A stretch of 64,000 nt of DNA, from NCBI GenBank assembly GCA_963850905.1, contig CAWKMU010000003.1, forward strand, positions 1,312,001 through 1,376,000, read 5' to 3'. This document shows positions 1 through 10,047 of the stretch, in pieces. This stretch comes from an uncultured Gemmatimonadales bacterium (lineage in GTDB: Bacteria; Gemmatimonadota; Gemmatimonadetes; Gemmatimonadales; Gemmatimonadaceae). Both the position numbers and the translations under genes were made by a program. Position 1 is the stretch's first letter, and every line of letters begins with the position of its first letter. The notes beneath the pieces were generated by a model. That model saw only the letters and a list, made by a program, of their open reading frames with translations. It was not told the DNA's origin and ran no database searches.

Positions 1-221
1 ACCTCATCAGCCTCGAGCTCGGCGGTTCCAACTCGGAGCGGAACCTGTGGCCGGAATCGAACTGGACGATGCCATGGAACGCGCGGGCCAAAGACGCTCT
101 CGAGAATGCGCTCCACCGCGAGGTCTGCACCAGCCGCGTTCCTCTTGCGACCGCACAGCACGAGATTGCGAGTGACTGGATCGCGGCCTACAAGAAATAC
201 GTGAGAAAAGAAAGACGTTAG
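1..221 (+). CDS. Partial (3' end) HNH-endonuclease-like conserved protein
   Basis: Not in ORF track. Manual translation from nt 3 gives LISLELGGSNSERNLWPESNW...KDALENALHREVC...AQHEIASDWIAAYKKY, stop TAG 219-221. Resembles the HLIPLELGG-N-NLWP HNH-like family. Confidence 0.65.
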   Translation, partial: LISLELGGSNSERNLWPESNWTMPWNARAKDALENALHREVCTSRVPLATAQHEIASDWIAAYKKYVRKERR

Positions 222-313
222 ACGTTGGACGCTAAAGAAAACCCTCGACGGCGACTGACAGTGCATGTAGCAGCGCCGAAGGTTTGCTCTCCAACGTCTA
301 ACGTCCACGTCCA
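213..313. repeat. Heptamer-armed palindromic element, copy 1 (AGACGTT/GGACGCT arms)
   Basis: GACGTTAGACGTTGGA (214-229) is inverted at 290-305. Inner AAACCCTCG...CGAAGGTTT core. Confidence 0.75.
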
Positions 314-358
314 AGACCTACTTCCCTCCCGCCTGCTGGCGCGCCACACCCATCGACC

Positions 359-685
359 ATGGCCGCAAACAAGAAGCTCACCGGCGTGCTCGTCGGACGC
401 ACTGCCGTCCGCGTCGATCAGGATGGCGCGACCGTGACCGTGCAATTCGACGACGGCTCGGTCATGACCGTCCAGACCGCGCAGGACGCCGCGGCCGCGC
501 AGGCCGGAAGTGCGACCACACCGGGCGGTTCCGGTGCGCTCGGGCGCGTCCGGGGCGTCCGCCAGCAAGGCACGACGCTCGATCTCGACTTTGAGACGGG
601 GGCCACGCTCACCTTGCGGACCGCAGAGCCCACGTCGAGTGTAATAGTTCGAACCCGGGACCGTACCCTGGAGTACGCCGACTGA
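359..685 (+). CDS. Hypothetical protein (small, two similar beta-rich halves)
   Basis: 108-aa ORF with protein-like composition filling the gap between genes. Confidence 0.65.
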   Translation: MAANKKLTGVLVGRTAVRVDQDGATVTVQFDDGSVMTVQTAQDAAAAQAGSATTPGGSGALGRVRGVRQQGTTLDLDFETGATLTLRTAEPTSSVIVRTRDRTLEYAD

Positions 686-746
686 GTCGACGCGCCCGCG
701 GGGCCGTTTCGGGTCGGGGTGGACCGACCACTAGATTTCGCGCCCC

Positions 747-1946
747 ATGAGTCCTCGTTGTCCAGTCTGTGGGACCACGTTTGCCGATGGTGCTCGCTAT
801 TGCACGCGTGACGGTGCCGTTTTGACCTTTGGCGACGCACGCCCAGATGGCGCGCCAGCGCCGGCTTCACGTGCCCCGGTTGACGGGAGCCGTCGAGGCC
901 GACCCGTCTCGGGCAAGCCCGGGACGGGCCGCACGCATGTCGCGAAGCGTCCCCACGCAGCACGTTCGCGCGGCACGGCCAGACCGGGTGCGAACGCGAA
1001 GGCGGGGGCCGCACAGGCCGAGGCACCGGCGTTGCCAGCGCACGCCACACTCGCGGGGCGGACCATCGACGATCGGTACCAGATCGATCGCAAGGTGGGT
1101 GAGGGTGGGATGTCGTTTGTGTATCTCGCGACGGACCTGACGAACGGCGAACGCCGCGCCATGAAAGTGCTGTCGCCCAGCTTGTCGCGCGATCAGAATG
1201 CGGTCGCGCGGCTCGGGCGCGAGGCCGAGCTGGCGGGCCGAGTGCGTCACCCCAACGTCTGCCATATCGAGCACATCGGTCACACGGCCGACGGGCTGGT
1301 CTACGTCGTGATGCCATTTCTCGAAGGGGAGATTCTCGCCGACCGGACGTACCGTCTCGGCCAGATCCCGCTCGAAGAGGCGGTCGTGTACGTGGCCGAC
1401 ATCTCCGCCGGACTCCAGGCTGCGCATGACGAGCACATCGTTCACCGGGATCTCAAGCCCGAGAACGTGATGATCACGCGCGGCGCTGATGGCCTGGACC
1501 ACGCCACCGTGATGGATTTCGGCTTGGCCAAGGAGCGGCGTGCCGGCCCGGAGCTCGAGAGGCTGACTGCGACCGGCATCGTGCTCGGCACTCCGGAGTT
1601 CATGAGTCCGGAACAGCTTCGCGGCAAGACGCTCGACGGGCGCTCCGACGTCTACGCCCTGGGCCTCATCACCGTCGAGATGCTCACGGGCACGTTGCCG
1701 TTCGCCGGTAAGTCGCAGCAGGAGTTGATGCTCGCTCGATTGCGCAACGAACCCACGCCCATACGCAAGATCCGGCCCGACCTCGCGCTCCCCGCGAGCG
1801 TCGAGCGAATCCTTCTCAAGGCCTTGTCGCGGAATCCCGACGATCGATATGCCACGGCGCCGGAACTCGCGGCCGCCCTGCAGGCGGCATGTCGTCCGGG
1901 CGCGCTCGGCAATACTGCACAGGTGCTGAAGAAATGGTTTGGATGA
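747..1946 (+). CDS. Ser/Thr protein kinase with N-terminal zinc ribbon
   Basis: CPVC...CTRDG ribbon; GEGGMS, AMK, HRDLKPEN, DFG and GTPEFMSPE motifs. Confidence 0.95.
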   Translation: MSPRCPVCGTTFADGARYCTRDGAVLTFGDARPDGAPAPASRAPVDGSRRGRPVSGKPGTGRTHVAKRPHAARSRGTARPGANAKAGAAQAEAPALPAHATLAGRTIDDRYQIDRKVGEGGMSFVYLATDLTNGERRAMKVLSPSLSRDQNAVARLGREAELAGRVRHPNVCHIEHIGHTADGLVYVVMPFLEGEILADRTYRLGQIPLEEAVVYVADISAGLQAAHDEHIVHRDLKPENVMITRGADGLDHATVMDFGLAKERRAGPELERLTATGIVLGTPEFMSPEQLRGKTLDGRSDVYALGLITVEMLTGTLPFAGKSQQELMLARLRNEPTPIRKIRPDLALPASVERILLKALSRNPDDRYATAPELAAALQAACRPGALGNTAQVLKKWFG

Positions 1947-3532
1947 CACACCACACTGAGGGCCGACGCCCCGTTGGCCGTACCCGATCCTCCGCTCGCG
2001 CAGCGTCGATAGGATCGCGTCGCACGATCGCTCTTCTGCTCACCGCTGGCGGACTGCTTGCCAGCGTGGCATCGCTCGGGGCACAGCAGGCATCCGCGGC
2101 AAAATCGAAGGCCAAGTCGACCAAGGATAGCGCGAGCGCCACCGCCGCCAAGCCGGACACGGTGCAGCATTTCTCTGGCGTGATCGGCGTCGCCGTCGAC
2201 AGCCTGCATGGGATGAGCCTCGGGGGGGCGACCGTGTCGGTCGTGGGAACCAACCGACAGGGTACGACCGATGCGCAGGGCGAATTCCGGATCGACAGCG
2301 TGCCGCCGGGCGAGTATCGCCTGTCGTTGTCACACCCCGAGCTGGATACTCTGGGTCTCGCGGTCGCGACGCAGCCGATCGCGATGCCGGTGGGGCGGTA
2401 TGCGGTCGTGCGCCTCGCGACGCCGTCGCAGTCCGCCGTTCTCAACCTGTATTGTCCGAAGGAGAAGATGCGCAGCGGCCCCGTCGCGGTGGTCGGGCGC
2501 GTGCTCGATGCCGACACCGACGCGCCAGACTCCGGCGCGCGAGTCTCGCTCGACTGGACGCAACTCGATGTCGGTGCCGCGATCGGCGTCAAACACATTC
2601 CGGTCGTGCGTACCGGAAGCGTCGACGACCATGGCGTGTTCGTCATCTGCGGCGTGCCCGGCAACGTCAAAGCGGCGCTGCGCGCGTCGCTTGGCAGGGA
2701 GATCACTGCGGCCGTGCCGGTCAATACGCAGGATCAGATGCTCATCATCACGATGCTGCACGTCGCCCATCCCGACACCGCTCGGGTCGTGGTCGCGACC
2801 AATCCCGCGCCGGGAGGCTCGGCCACGAAAGCGGTTGCGGTCGCAGCGGGGCTCAAGACGGGTCGCGCCGCGATCTCAGGACGGGTGACAGACCAGATGG
2901 GCAAGCCGCTTCAGGGCGTGAACTTGAGCGTCGAGGGCGCGGCGCCGAACACGAACACGAACGCGGATGGGACGTACACCTTGCGAGGGTTGCCCGCGGG
3001 GACGCAAGCGCTCGTGGTCCGGCACGTCGGCTACGCCATGCAGGATGTCACCGTGGATCTCTCGAACGTTACGGAGCGCCGCGCCGACGTGAAGATGATG
3101 CCTGCCCCACCCATGCTGGCCGCGGTCACCGTCGAGGGCAAACGCGATAAGGGGCTCCGCGACGTCGGCTTCTCGACTCGTTATAAAGCGGGTCTCGGTC
3201 AATACGTCACCGAGGACCAGATCGCGCAGAGACAACCCATGCAGATGACGGATCTGTTCACGCAGATGCGCGGCATCCGCATGGACTACTCGAGCGGGTA
3301 TCCGATGATCACCGACAGCCGCGACGCGAGCGGCGGGTGTGTGAGCTACGTGATCGACGGCGTTCCGCAGCAGATGCCGGATCCACAGGACTTCAACGAC
3401 TTCATACACCCGGACGAGGTGTCGGCGGTCGAGGTCTACACCGCCGCCGAGGCCCCTGCGCAGTTCCAGACCGGCGGGAGCTCGAGCTGCGTGGTGATTG
3501 TGATTTGGACGAAGACGAAGATCGGGGGATGA
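1943..3532 (+). CDS. Secreted protein with carboxypeptidase-regulatory-like domains and C-terminal TonB-plug-like domain
   Basis: Signal-peptide-like N-terminus; repeated G-V-D...GA-V-V-G...TDA-G-F modules; C-terminal IDG...EVSAVEVY...CVVIVIWTK. ATGA overlap with kinase stop. Confidence 0.8.
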   Translation: MTHHTEGRRPVGRTRSSARAASIGSRRTIALLLTAGGLLASVASLGAQQASAAKSKAKSTKDSASATAAKPDTVQHFSGVIGVAVDSLHGMSLGGATVSVVGTNRQGTTDAQGEFRIDSVPPGEYRLSLSHPELDTLGLAVATQPIAMPVGRYAVVRLATPSQSAVLNLYCPKEKMRSGPVAVVGRVLDADTDAPDSGARVSLDWTQLDVGAAIGVKHIPVVRTGSVDDHGVFVICGVPGNVKAALRASLGREITAAVPVNTQDQMLIITMLHVAHPDTARVVVATNPAPGGSATKAVAVAAGLKTGRAAISGRVTDQMGKPLQGVNLSVEGAAPNTNTNADGTYTLRGLPAGTQALVVRHVGYAMQDVTVDLSNVTERRADVKMMPAPPMLAAVTVEGKRDKGLRDVGFSTRYKAGLGQYVTEDQIAQRQPMQMTDLFTQMRGIRMDYSSGYPMITDSRDASGGCVSYVIDGVPQQMPDPQDFNDFIHPDEVSAVEVYTAAEAPAQFQTGGSSSCVVIVIWTKTKIGG

Positions 3533-3547
3533 GACCGAGGACGTCTT

Positions 3548-4696
3548 TCAGTCCTTCGTCTCTTTTATCACCACGCCGCGCTTCGCAAGCTCCGCGATGT
3601 ATTGAGGGGCGGGCACGCACTCGTCCGGGGTGTGCACGCCCGGCGGGGTGATCTCGCCACGGGCCTGCATCTGACCGGTGATCGAGAGCGAGTAGCCGGT
3701 CGTCCGCATCATGGCGCTGATGTGGTGTGCGGCGTCGTAGAAGTCGATGAGCTCCCAGCCGAGTCGCGTTGGCCGGCCATTGCGCGTGCCTTCCACCTGG
3801 ACGCGCATCGCGACGAGGTCTCGGCCTTCCGGCTTCGTTAGGCGTTGGCCCAGGACGGTTGTTGCGAGGTCGCGGGGAATGATTTTCACGCCCTTGACCT
3901 CGACCGGAGCGAGATCGAGGAATCCGAGGTCGCGAATGGCCTCCATGATGTGGGCGTGACCGGGGTATCGGAGCGTCTTGTACTCCATCGTCGGGATGCG
4001 ACCCTCGTACCGGAACGCCAGCGTGGAGAGCCCGCCGGCCGTATGGAAGGCTTCGAGTGCTCCGACGGGTGCCGGAAACGCCACAGCCTCGCGTTCGGAC
4101 AGCGCGCGGACGTGCTGTCGCTTGCCGTCGCGCAACACCCACGACAGCGTCGTGTAGTAGTCGAGCACCCCCTCCAGGGAGTAGACGACCTGGTAATTCA
4201 ACGGCGGCTCCGGTCGTTGCGGCAGGCCACCGACGAAGATGCGGACGCTCGAGACGGCATCGAGCTGCGAGATGCCATACTGCGCCAGGATGTTCACCAT
4301 GCCGGGTGCCAGTCCGCAGTCGGGGATCACCGTGACCCCCTGCGCGCGCGCGGCTGCGGCGAGCTCCCTTTGCTGGAACACGATCTCGGTATTGCCGCCA
4401 AGATCGCAGAAGTGGACGCCGGCTTCGACGGCGAGCCGCGCCAGCTCGAAGTTGAAGTAGTAGGGGATCGCGCTCATCACGGCGTCGCACTCGCGCATGA
4501 GCGCGCGAACGGCTTCGGCGTCGCGGACGTCGACGCGCGTGGGGAAGAGGCGAGAGCCCGAGTAGGGGGCAAGGAACTCGGGTATGTGATCGACGTGCAG
4601 ATCAGCGATCCGCACGGTCGAGACCTCAGGGTTCTGCAACAGATCGTAGGCACAGGCCGAGCCTTGCAGCCCGCGTCCGAGGACGAGCATGCGCAT
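3548..4696 (-). CDS. Saccharopine dehydrogenase family protein (lysine 6-dehydrogenase-like)
   Basis: Rossmann LGRGLQG; DLGG, DCGLAPG, KTLRYPGH and AMMRTTG motifs. Confidence 0.9.
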   Translation of the reverse strand: MRMLVLGRGLQGSACAYDLLQNPEVSTVRIADLHVDHIPEFLAPYSGSRLFPTRVDVRDAEAVRALMRECDAVMSAIPYYFNFELARLAVEAGVHFCDLGGNTEIVFQQRELAAAARAQGVTVIPDCGLAPGMVNILAQYGISQLDAVSSVRIFVGGLPQRPEPPLNYQVVYSLEGVLDYYTTLSWVLRDGKRQHVRALSEREAVAFPAPVGALEAFHTAGGLSTLAFRYEGRIPTMEYKTLRYPGHAHIMEAIRDLGFLDLAPVEVKGVKIIPRDLATTVLGQRLTKPEGRDLVAMRVQVEGTRNGRPTRLGWELIDFYDAAHHISAMMRTTGYSLSITGQMQARGEITPPGVHTPDECVPAPQYIAELAKRGVVIKETKD

Positions 4697-4755
4697 GTGA
4701 CGTGTGACTCCTTGACTGATTGACGCCGTGAACGGCAGCCATCAAAAATAGTCTG

Positions 4756-4864
4756 TTGGACGTTAGACGTTGGAAGGGAAACCTCGAGGCCCGCCACGAT
4801 GCACCCAGCTGGTCCTCGAGGTTTGTTCCAGCGTCCAGCGCCCAGCGTCCAGCGTCTAGCGTCC
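4756..4864. repeat. Heptamer-armed palindromic element, copy 2
   Basis: GGACGTTAGACGTTGGA left arm; AAACCTCGAGG...CCTCGAGGTTT core; (CCAGCGT)n right arm that contains the stop of 4856..5308. Confidence 0.8.
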
Positions 4865-5308
4865 GCTACCTGCCCTATTCTCTATCTCGATGAGTAGGCA
4901 CCGGTCCATCACCACATCGATCCCCGCCGCGGTCAGCTCTTCGGCTGCGGCGTCGTTGCGGATGCCGAGTTGCATCCACACGACCCGAGGGTGCGCGGCG
5001 ATCATGTCCGGCACGTGGGGCGGCACGTCGTGGCTCTTGCGGAAGACATTCACGACGTCAATGGGTCCGGGCACGTCGACGAGACGGCGATAGACGCCTT
5101 GTCCGAGGATCTCCGTCACCTCGGGGTAGTAGACCGGGACGGGCACGATCTCGTAGCCCACGCGCTGCACATACTCGGGGACGTAGTATGCCGGCTTCCC
5201 CGTCCAGGACGGCTTGATGCCGAGCACCGCGATCCGGCGCGCGGTCTCGAGCACAGGCGTGATGTCGTCGGTCGATGCGAGGATCCGTCCGCGCGCGCCT
5301 GCCGTCAT
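4856..5308 (-). CDS. CoA-binding protein (YccU-like)
   Basis: IAVLG...YEIVPV...IDVVNVFR...VWMQLGI...VVMDRC pattern. Confidence 0.9.
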   Translation of the reverse strand: MTAGARGRILASTDDITPVLETARRIAVLGIKPSWTGKPAYYVPEYVQRVGYEIVPVPVYYPEVTEILGQGVYRRLVDVPGPIDVVNVFRKSHDVPPHVPDMIAAHPRVVWMQLGIRNDAAAEELTAAGIDVVMDRCLLIEIENRAGSGR

Positions 5309-6564
5309 CCCGGACTCAATGCATCCTCGCGATAGACGAGCCAGCCGGCTTGCTCTTCGGCGACCAGCTCGACTTCGGTGCCGAGCGGCAGGGTCAGATT
5401 CGGTACTTCGTGACCGGCGGGGAAATCGGTGAGGATCGGAATGTCGAGATCTGCGAGCAAGTCAGTGAGAAAGTCCTCGAATTCGTCTTCTTCCGATCGG
5501 TCCAGCGACAGCTGGCCGAACACGACTCCTCGGACATTGCGCAGCAGTCCGGCGGCTCGCAGGTGCACGAGTCGCTCGTCGGCCACTGACATCGGGTCGC
5601 GGGTCTCCTCCAGGAAGAGGATCGCGTCGCGCGTATCGATCTCATAGGGCGTGCCGATCGATTGTTGCACCAGCGACAGATTGCCGCCGGTCAGCCGACC
5701 GACGGCGCGCCCGGGTCGCACGACGCGGGCGATGCCGCGCCCGATGCGCGCGGTGGGGCGCGGTGTGGTCAGGGCCGCCACCAACGAGGCCATCGTCGGG
5801 TCGCGGGCACTCGGAATGAGATCATCCACTGTCGGTCCGTGGAACACACGGAGGCCCGCGCGCCGTATCAGCCAGAGGTGCAGGGCCGTCACATCGGAGT
5901 AGCCTACGAACGACTTCGGGTTGAGCCGGAAGATCTCGGGCTCGAGATGTGGGAGCATGCGAACTGCCCCATATCCGCCAGTGCCGCCCATCACGACCTT
6001 GACTCGCGGGTTGAGCCACATCCCCATGAAGTTTTCGGCGCGCCGCTCGTCTTCCTCGCGCTGGAAGCGGCGCAGGGTCCCGAGGTCGGAGTCGAGAATG
6101 ACGTTGTAACCGAGTCGTTCGAGTGCCTTGACGCCACGCGCGAGCCAGCCAGGCCGCGGCGCATATGAGGGCGCGACGACTCCAATGCCGTCCCCTTTGA
6201 CGAGCGGCGGGGGACGCAGGAGTGGGGGGTGCGTGGCGATCGGCAGGATTGCGGGCGCCGGGGGAACAGCAGACACAACGATGTCGGGCGCTGGCGGCTC
6301 AGCGAGGACTGTCTCGTGCTGATCGAGATCCCGGGGCATGGCGTCAGCCGGCGCGGCCGGTGCGCTGACATCGGCCGCCGCGCCATCGAGCGGGGTCAGC
6401 AGCGCCGCTACTCCGGTCCCGGCATCCTGGGACGGGGGTTGTGGCGCGCCGGGCGCGGCAGATGGGGTCTGGGGGAGCAGGGGGGCCGAAGGCTGTGGTG
6501 GGTGCGCTCCACCCGAGGATGCGGGCGAGGCGCGGGGAGGCCGGCCAAGAGGCTGCGATGGCAA
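5305..6564 (-). CDS. LD-carboxypeptidase (peptidase S66) with Pro/Ala-rich N-terminal extension
   Basis: GGYG, VGYSDVT (Ser), GGNL, FLEE (Glu) and AGH (His). Start uncertain. Confidence 0.9.
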   Translation of the reverse strand: MPSQPLGRPPRASPASSGGAHPPQPSAPLLPQTPSAAPGAPQPPSQDAGTGVAALLTPLDGAAADVSAPAAPADAMPRDLDQHETVLAEPPAPDIVVSAVPPAPAILPIATHPPLLRPPPLVKGDGIGVVAPSYAPRPGWLARGVKALERLGYNVILDSDLGTLRRFQREEDERRAENFMGMWLNPRVKVVMGGTGGYGAVRMLPHLEPEIFRLNPKSFVGYSDVTALHLWLIRRAGLRVFHGPTVDDLIPSARDPTMASLVAALTTPRPTARIGRGIARVVRPGRAVGRLTGGNLSLVQQSIGTPYEIDTRDAILFLEETRDPMSVADERLVHLRAAGLLRNVRGVVFGQLSLDRSEEDEFEDFLTDLLADLDIPILTDFPAGHEVPNLTLPLGTEVELVAEEQAGWLVYREDALSPG

Positions 6565-6710
6565 CGTAGGGCACGGGCGGGGCCAAGAAAAGCAGCGGTG
6601 GGGTAGAAGGCTTGAAATGACGATTGAGCGGGCTAAGTGGGGTGCGGCCGGTAGGAAACATTTGGTTGTGGCCTAACTCCCGGCCCGCCTGCCCCTCTAC
6701 ATTCCGACCC

Positions 6711-7916
6711 ATGAGCGCCTCCGAGACAGCGGCCAGCTACTTCCGCAAGGGCTTCGGACTCAAGGCCCAGGTGCAGGATGCCCTGACGAGCGACTATTCG
6801 GGGCGATTGGTGGATCTGCTGCGGGAGCGGGACTACGTGCTCACCGCCGGTGATCTGACGGTACAGCTCGCGCGGCAATTCGGATTTTGCTACGGGGTCG
6901 AGCGGGCCGTCGAGTACGCGTATCAGACGCGGACCAAGTTCCCCGACCGCCGCATTTTCCTGGCAGGCGAGATCATTCACAACCCGCACGTGAACGCCAA
7001 GCTGGGCACCATGGGCATCCTGTTTCTTCGCCCGGGCCCTGGTGGATTCGATTTCTCGCAGGTCGAGCCGCAAGACGTGGTGATCGTTCCGGCGTTCGGT
7101 GTGACGATCGGCGACTTCCAAACGCTGCGAGAAAAGGGTGTCGTGGTCGTCGATACGACCTGTGGCTCGGTGCTCAACGTCTGGAAACGCGTCGACAGCT
7201 ACGCCCGCGACGGGTTCACGTCGCTCATCCACGGCAAGTACTATCACGAGGAGACGCGTGCGACCGCGTCGCAGGTCTCCAAGTACCCGGGGAGCGCGTA
7301 CCTCGTGGTCCGCGACATGGATGAGGCGCAGATCGTGTGCGACTACATAGAGGGGCGCGGTGATCGGGCCGCCTTTCTCGAGCGCTTCACTCGCGCGGCG
7401 TCGCCCGAGTTCGATCCAGACCGCGATCTCCAGCGGATGGGTGTGGCCAACCAGACGACGATGCTCGCGCGCGAGTCGCTGGCGATCGCGGAGCGGGTGG
7501 GAGAAGCGTTTACGCGCGGGCGCGGTGCCGAATATCGAGCCGGCAACTTCCGTACGTTCGATACGATCTGCAGCGCGACGCAGGATCGCCAGGACGCCGT
7601 CGAGGCGCTGCTCCAGGAGCCGCTGGACATCATGCTCGTCGTCGGTGGATATAACTCGAGCAACACCATCTCGCTCGCCGCGATTTGTGGGGCGCGTGTG
7701 CGGACGTACCACATCGAGGACGCCGAGTGCCTCAACGTGGCGTCGCACTCGATTCGGCACCGGCCGATTGGCAGCACGGAGGAAATCGTCGTGGCGGACT
7801 GGCTTCCTGCCGGTCCGATGCGCGTTGGGATTACGGCGGGCGCGAGTACCCCCAACAACAAGATCGGAGAGACCGTCGCGCGCGTGTTTGCGACCCGCGG
7901 GTTCGAGCTGGAATAG
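6711..7916 (+). CDS. ispH: 4-hydroxy-3-methylbut-2-enyl diphosphate reductase
   Basis: FGFCYGVERA, EIIHNP, DTTC, QTT, TICSATQDRQ and TAGASTP motifs. Confidence 0.96.
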   Translation: MSASETAASYFRKGFGLKAQVQDALTSDYSGRLVDLLRERDYVLTAGDLTVQLARQFGFCYGVERAVEYAYQTRTKFPDRRIFLAGEIIHNPHVNAKLGTMGILFLRPGPGGFDFSQVEPQDVVIVPAFGVTIGDFQTLREKGVVVVDTTCGSVLNVWKRVDSYARDGFTSLIHGKYYHEETRATASQVSKYPGSAYLVVRDMDEAQIVCDYIEGRGDRAAFLERFTRAASPEFDPDRDLQRMGVANQTTMLARESLAIAERVGEAFTRGRGAEYRAGNFRTFDTICSATQDRQDAVEALLQEPLDIMLVVGGYNSSNTISLAAICGARVRTYHIEDAECLNVASHSIRHRPIGSTEEIVVADWLPAGPMRVGITAGASTPNNKIGETVARVFATRGFELE

Positions 7917-8000
7917 CGCCTGAACCCGTTGCACGATGTGCGCTGTAACGTCTAAGGTCTACCGGTTGCCGCTGCAGTCGGCGATCGTGTCTGTTGACCT

Positions 8001-9029
8001 TTGACCCAGCGTGCCGTGTTGCTGCGCCAGTCGACTCCTCGTCCCGCCCCCGTCTCCTTCGGGTTCGCCGAGCTCCAGGGCGGCGGCACACGCGTGCGCG
8101 TCGTGCCCGCGCTCGGCGGCAAGATCGCCTCACTCGAGCTGCTAGGGCGCGAGTGGCTGTGGACCAGCGATGTCATTGCCCCGCAGCCGCCGGTCGAGGG
8201 CGCGTCGTACCTCCTGACCGGAGATACGGGCGGGTACGATGAGTGCTTCCCGACCGTGGCGCCCTGTCAGTTGCCGAGCGGCGTCGCGGGATACGGGGGC
8301 TTGTCGCTGCCGGACCACGGCGAATTGTGGTCGCAAGGCGTGGCAATCCAGGTCGAGACCCAGGCTGAAGGGCAGCGCATCGCGTGTGAATGGGCCGGCC
8401 GCCGGATGCCATACCGATTCACACGCACCGTCCAGGTCACGCCCGCCGGTACGGTGGTGATGCGGTATGCCGTCACCAATCGCGGCGCGGGTCCGCTGCC
8501 GTTCATCTGGTCCGCCCACCCGCTGTTCCCGTTGACGCCCGAGACCCGACTCGATCTGCCCGACGGAGCGCGCGTTCGCGTCTGGAGCCAGCACGGCGAC
8601 GCGTTGCGGGGGTTGGCGTCCGAGTTTCGATGGCCGCACGCGCGACTCGAGAAGCGGCTTGCCGACCTGACGATGCCGGACACGCTCGCCCGGCACTACG
8701 CGTGCAAGCTATTCCTCGACATCCCCCAGGGAACCACTATCGTCGCGATCGAAGAGGGTGACAAACGACTCGAGGTCACGTTCGATGATCGACAGGTGCC
8801 ACATCTGGGCATCTGGATCAACAAGCGAGGCTGGACGCCCTTCCCGCGAGGGAAACCGTATCTCAATTTCGGACTCGAGCCGTGCATCGGTGCGCCCGAC
8901 TCGTTGACGGATGCGCTGGGTGAGTGGCGTGGGGGGCAGTGGCTGTCGCCGGGTGAGACCCGGTCGTGGGGGCTCACGTGGCGCGCGCGCTCTCTCGAGC
9001 CCGTGCGGCGAAAAGGAGATCACGGATAG
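8001..9029 (+). CDS. Galactose mutarotase/aldose 1-epimerase-like protein
   Basis: GGKIASL, GGYDECFPT, PDHGELW, WSAHP and LEP motifs. Confidence 0.75.
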   Translation: MTQRAVLLRQSTPRPAPVSFGFAELQGGGTRVRVVPALGGKIASLELLGREWLWTSDVIAPQPPVEGASYLLTGDTGGYDECFPTVAPCQLPSGVAGYGGLSLPDHGELWSQGVAIQVETQAEGQRIACEWAGRRMPYRFTRTVQVTPAGTVVMRYAVTNRGAGPLPFIWSAHPLFPLTPETRLDLPDGARVRVWSQHGDALRGLASEFRWPHARLEKRLADLTMPDTLARHYACKLFLDIPQGTTIVAIEEGDKRLEVTFDDRQVPHLGIWINKRGWTPFPRGKPYLNFGLEPCIGAPDSLTDALGEWRGGQWLSPGETRSWGLTWRARSLEPVRRKGDHG

Positions 9030-9051
9030 CGTGAGCCGCTGCCGGCGGGCG

Positions 9052-9642
9052 ATGGCGTGTGCCCAACTCGGGCTCGCACTGGTGGCCGGGGGGTGCGGCG
9101 GGCGGCCTGCTCCGCAGACGACTCCGACTACGGCGAGCACAACCGCCACGGTCGTGCTTGATGAGCGATGGTACCTGCGGCTCCGGATGCTGATGGTCCC
9201 CGTGGCGGGCGTTCGACCGGAGCAAGTCCACGACAGCTTTGACGACGCGCGGAGTGGTGGCCGCGTGCATCACGCCGTCGACATCATGGCACCGCGCGGT
9301 ACGCCCGTCCTGGCTGCGGATGACGGCCGCGTGCTTCGCCTCCGCCGCAACACGCTAGGTGGGATCACCATCTATGCCGTCGACCCTACCGATCGCTACG
9401 TGTACTACTACGCGCACCTGGAGCGCTACGCGCATGCCCTCGCCGAGGGAGCGGTCGTCTCGAAGGGACAGGTCATCGGCTACGTTGGCACGACAGGCGA
9501 TGCGCCGGCGAACGTGCCGCACCTCCATTTTCAGCTCATGCGCCGCCCGAACGCCGCGCGCTGGTGGGACGGCGAGCCCGTGGATCCGACGCCGTATCTG
9601 GCACTGCCGGGGCGGGTGTTGAAAGACCTCCCCAACCCCTGA
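9052..9642 (+). CDS. M23 family metallopeptidase, probable lipoprotein
   Basis: HHAVD, YYAHL and PHLHF motifs; lipobox-like VAGGC. Start uncertain (GTG 9031 possible). Confidence 0.9.
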   Translation: MACAQLGLALVAGGCGGRPAPQTTPTTASTTATVVLDERWYLRLRMLMVPVAGVRPEQVHDSFDDARSGGRVHHAVDIMAPRGTPVLAADDGRVLRLRRNTLGGITIYAVDPTDRYVYYYAHLERYAHALAEGAVVSKGQVIGYVGTTGDAPANVPHLHFQLMRRPNAARWWDGEPVDPTPYLALPGRVLKDLPNP

Positions 9643-9701
9643 TCTCTTGTGCCGCCTCCCTATATTATCTTCTCAAAACCCCGTCTTTCCCACGAGAACC
9701 C

Positions 9702-9965
9702 ATGCCGTACGTCATCACCGAAACCTGCATCAACGTCAAGGACAGAGCGTGCGTCGACGTCTGTCCGGTCGACTGCATTTACGAAGGTGAGCAACAGCTC
9801 TACATCCACCCGGATGAATGCATTGACTGTGGCGCGTGCGAACCCGAGTGCCCCGTGACGGCGATCTTTCCGGAAGAGGATGTGCCGGCAAATCAGCAGC
9901 AGTACATCCAGATCAACCGGAGCGTGTTCAAGAGCGACAAACCGCCGGGGAAGCCGCAGCGGTAG
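9702..9965 (+). CDS. fdxA: Ferredoxin (7Fe FdxA type)
   Basis: [26 protein letters not shown]...[12 protein letters not shown]. Confidence 0.95.
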   Translation: MPYVITETCINVKDRACVDVCPVDCIYEGEQQLYIHPDECIDCGACEPECPVTAIFPEEDVPANQQQYIQINRSVFKSDKPPGKPQR

Positions 9966-10047
9966 GACGGGCGCTTCGCGCGCGGGAACGGAGAGCGGGG
10001 ACAGGAGAAGAAAGGGGAAAGCAGAGAGGAGGCGGCCGCGCCCGGAG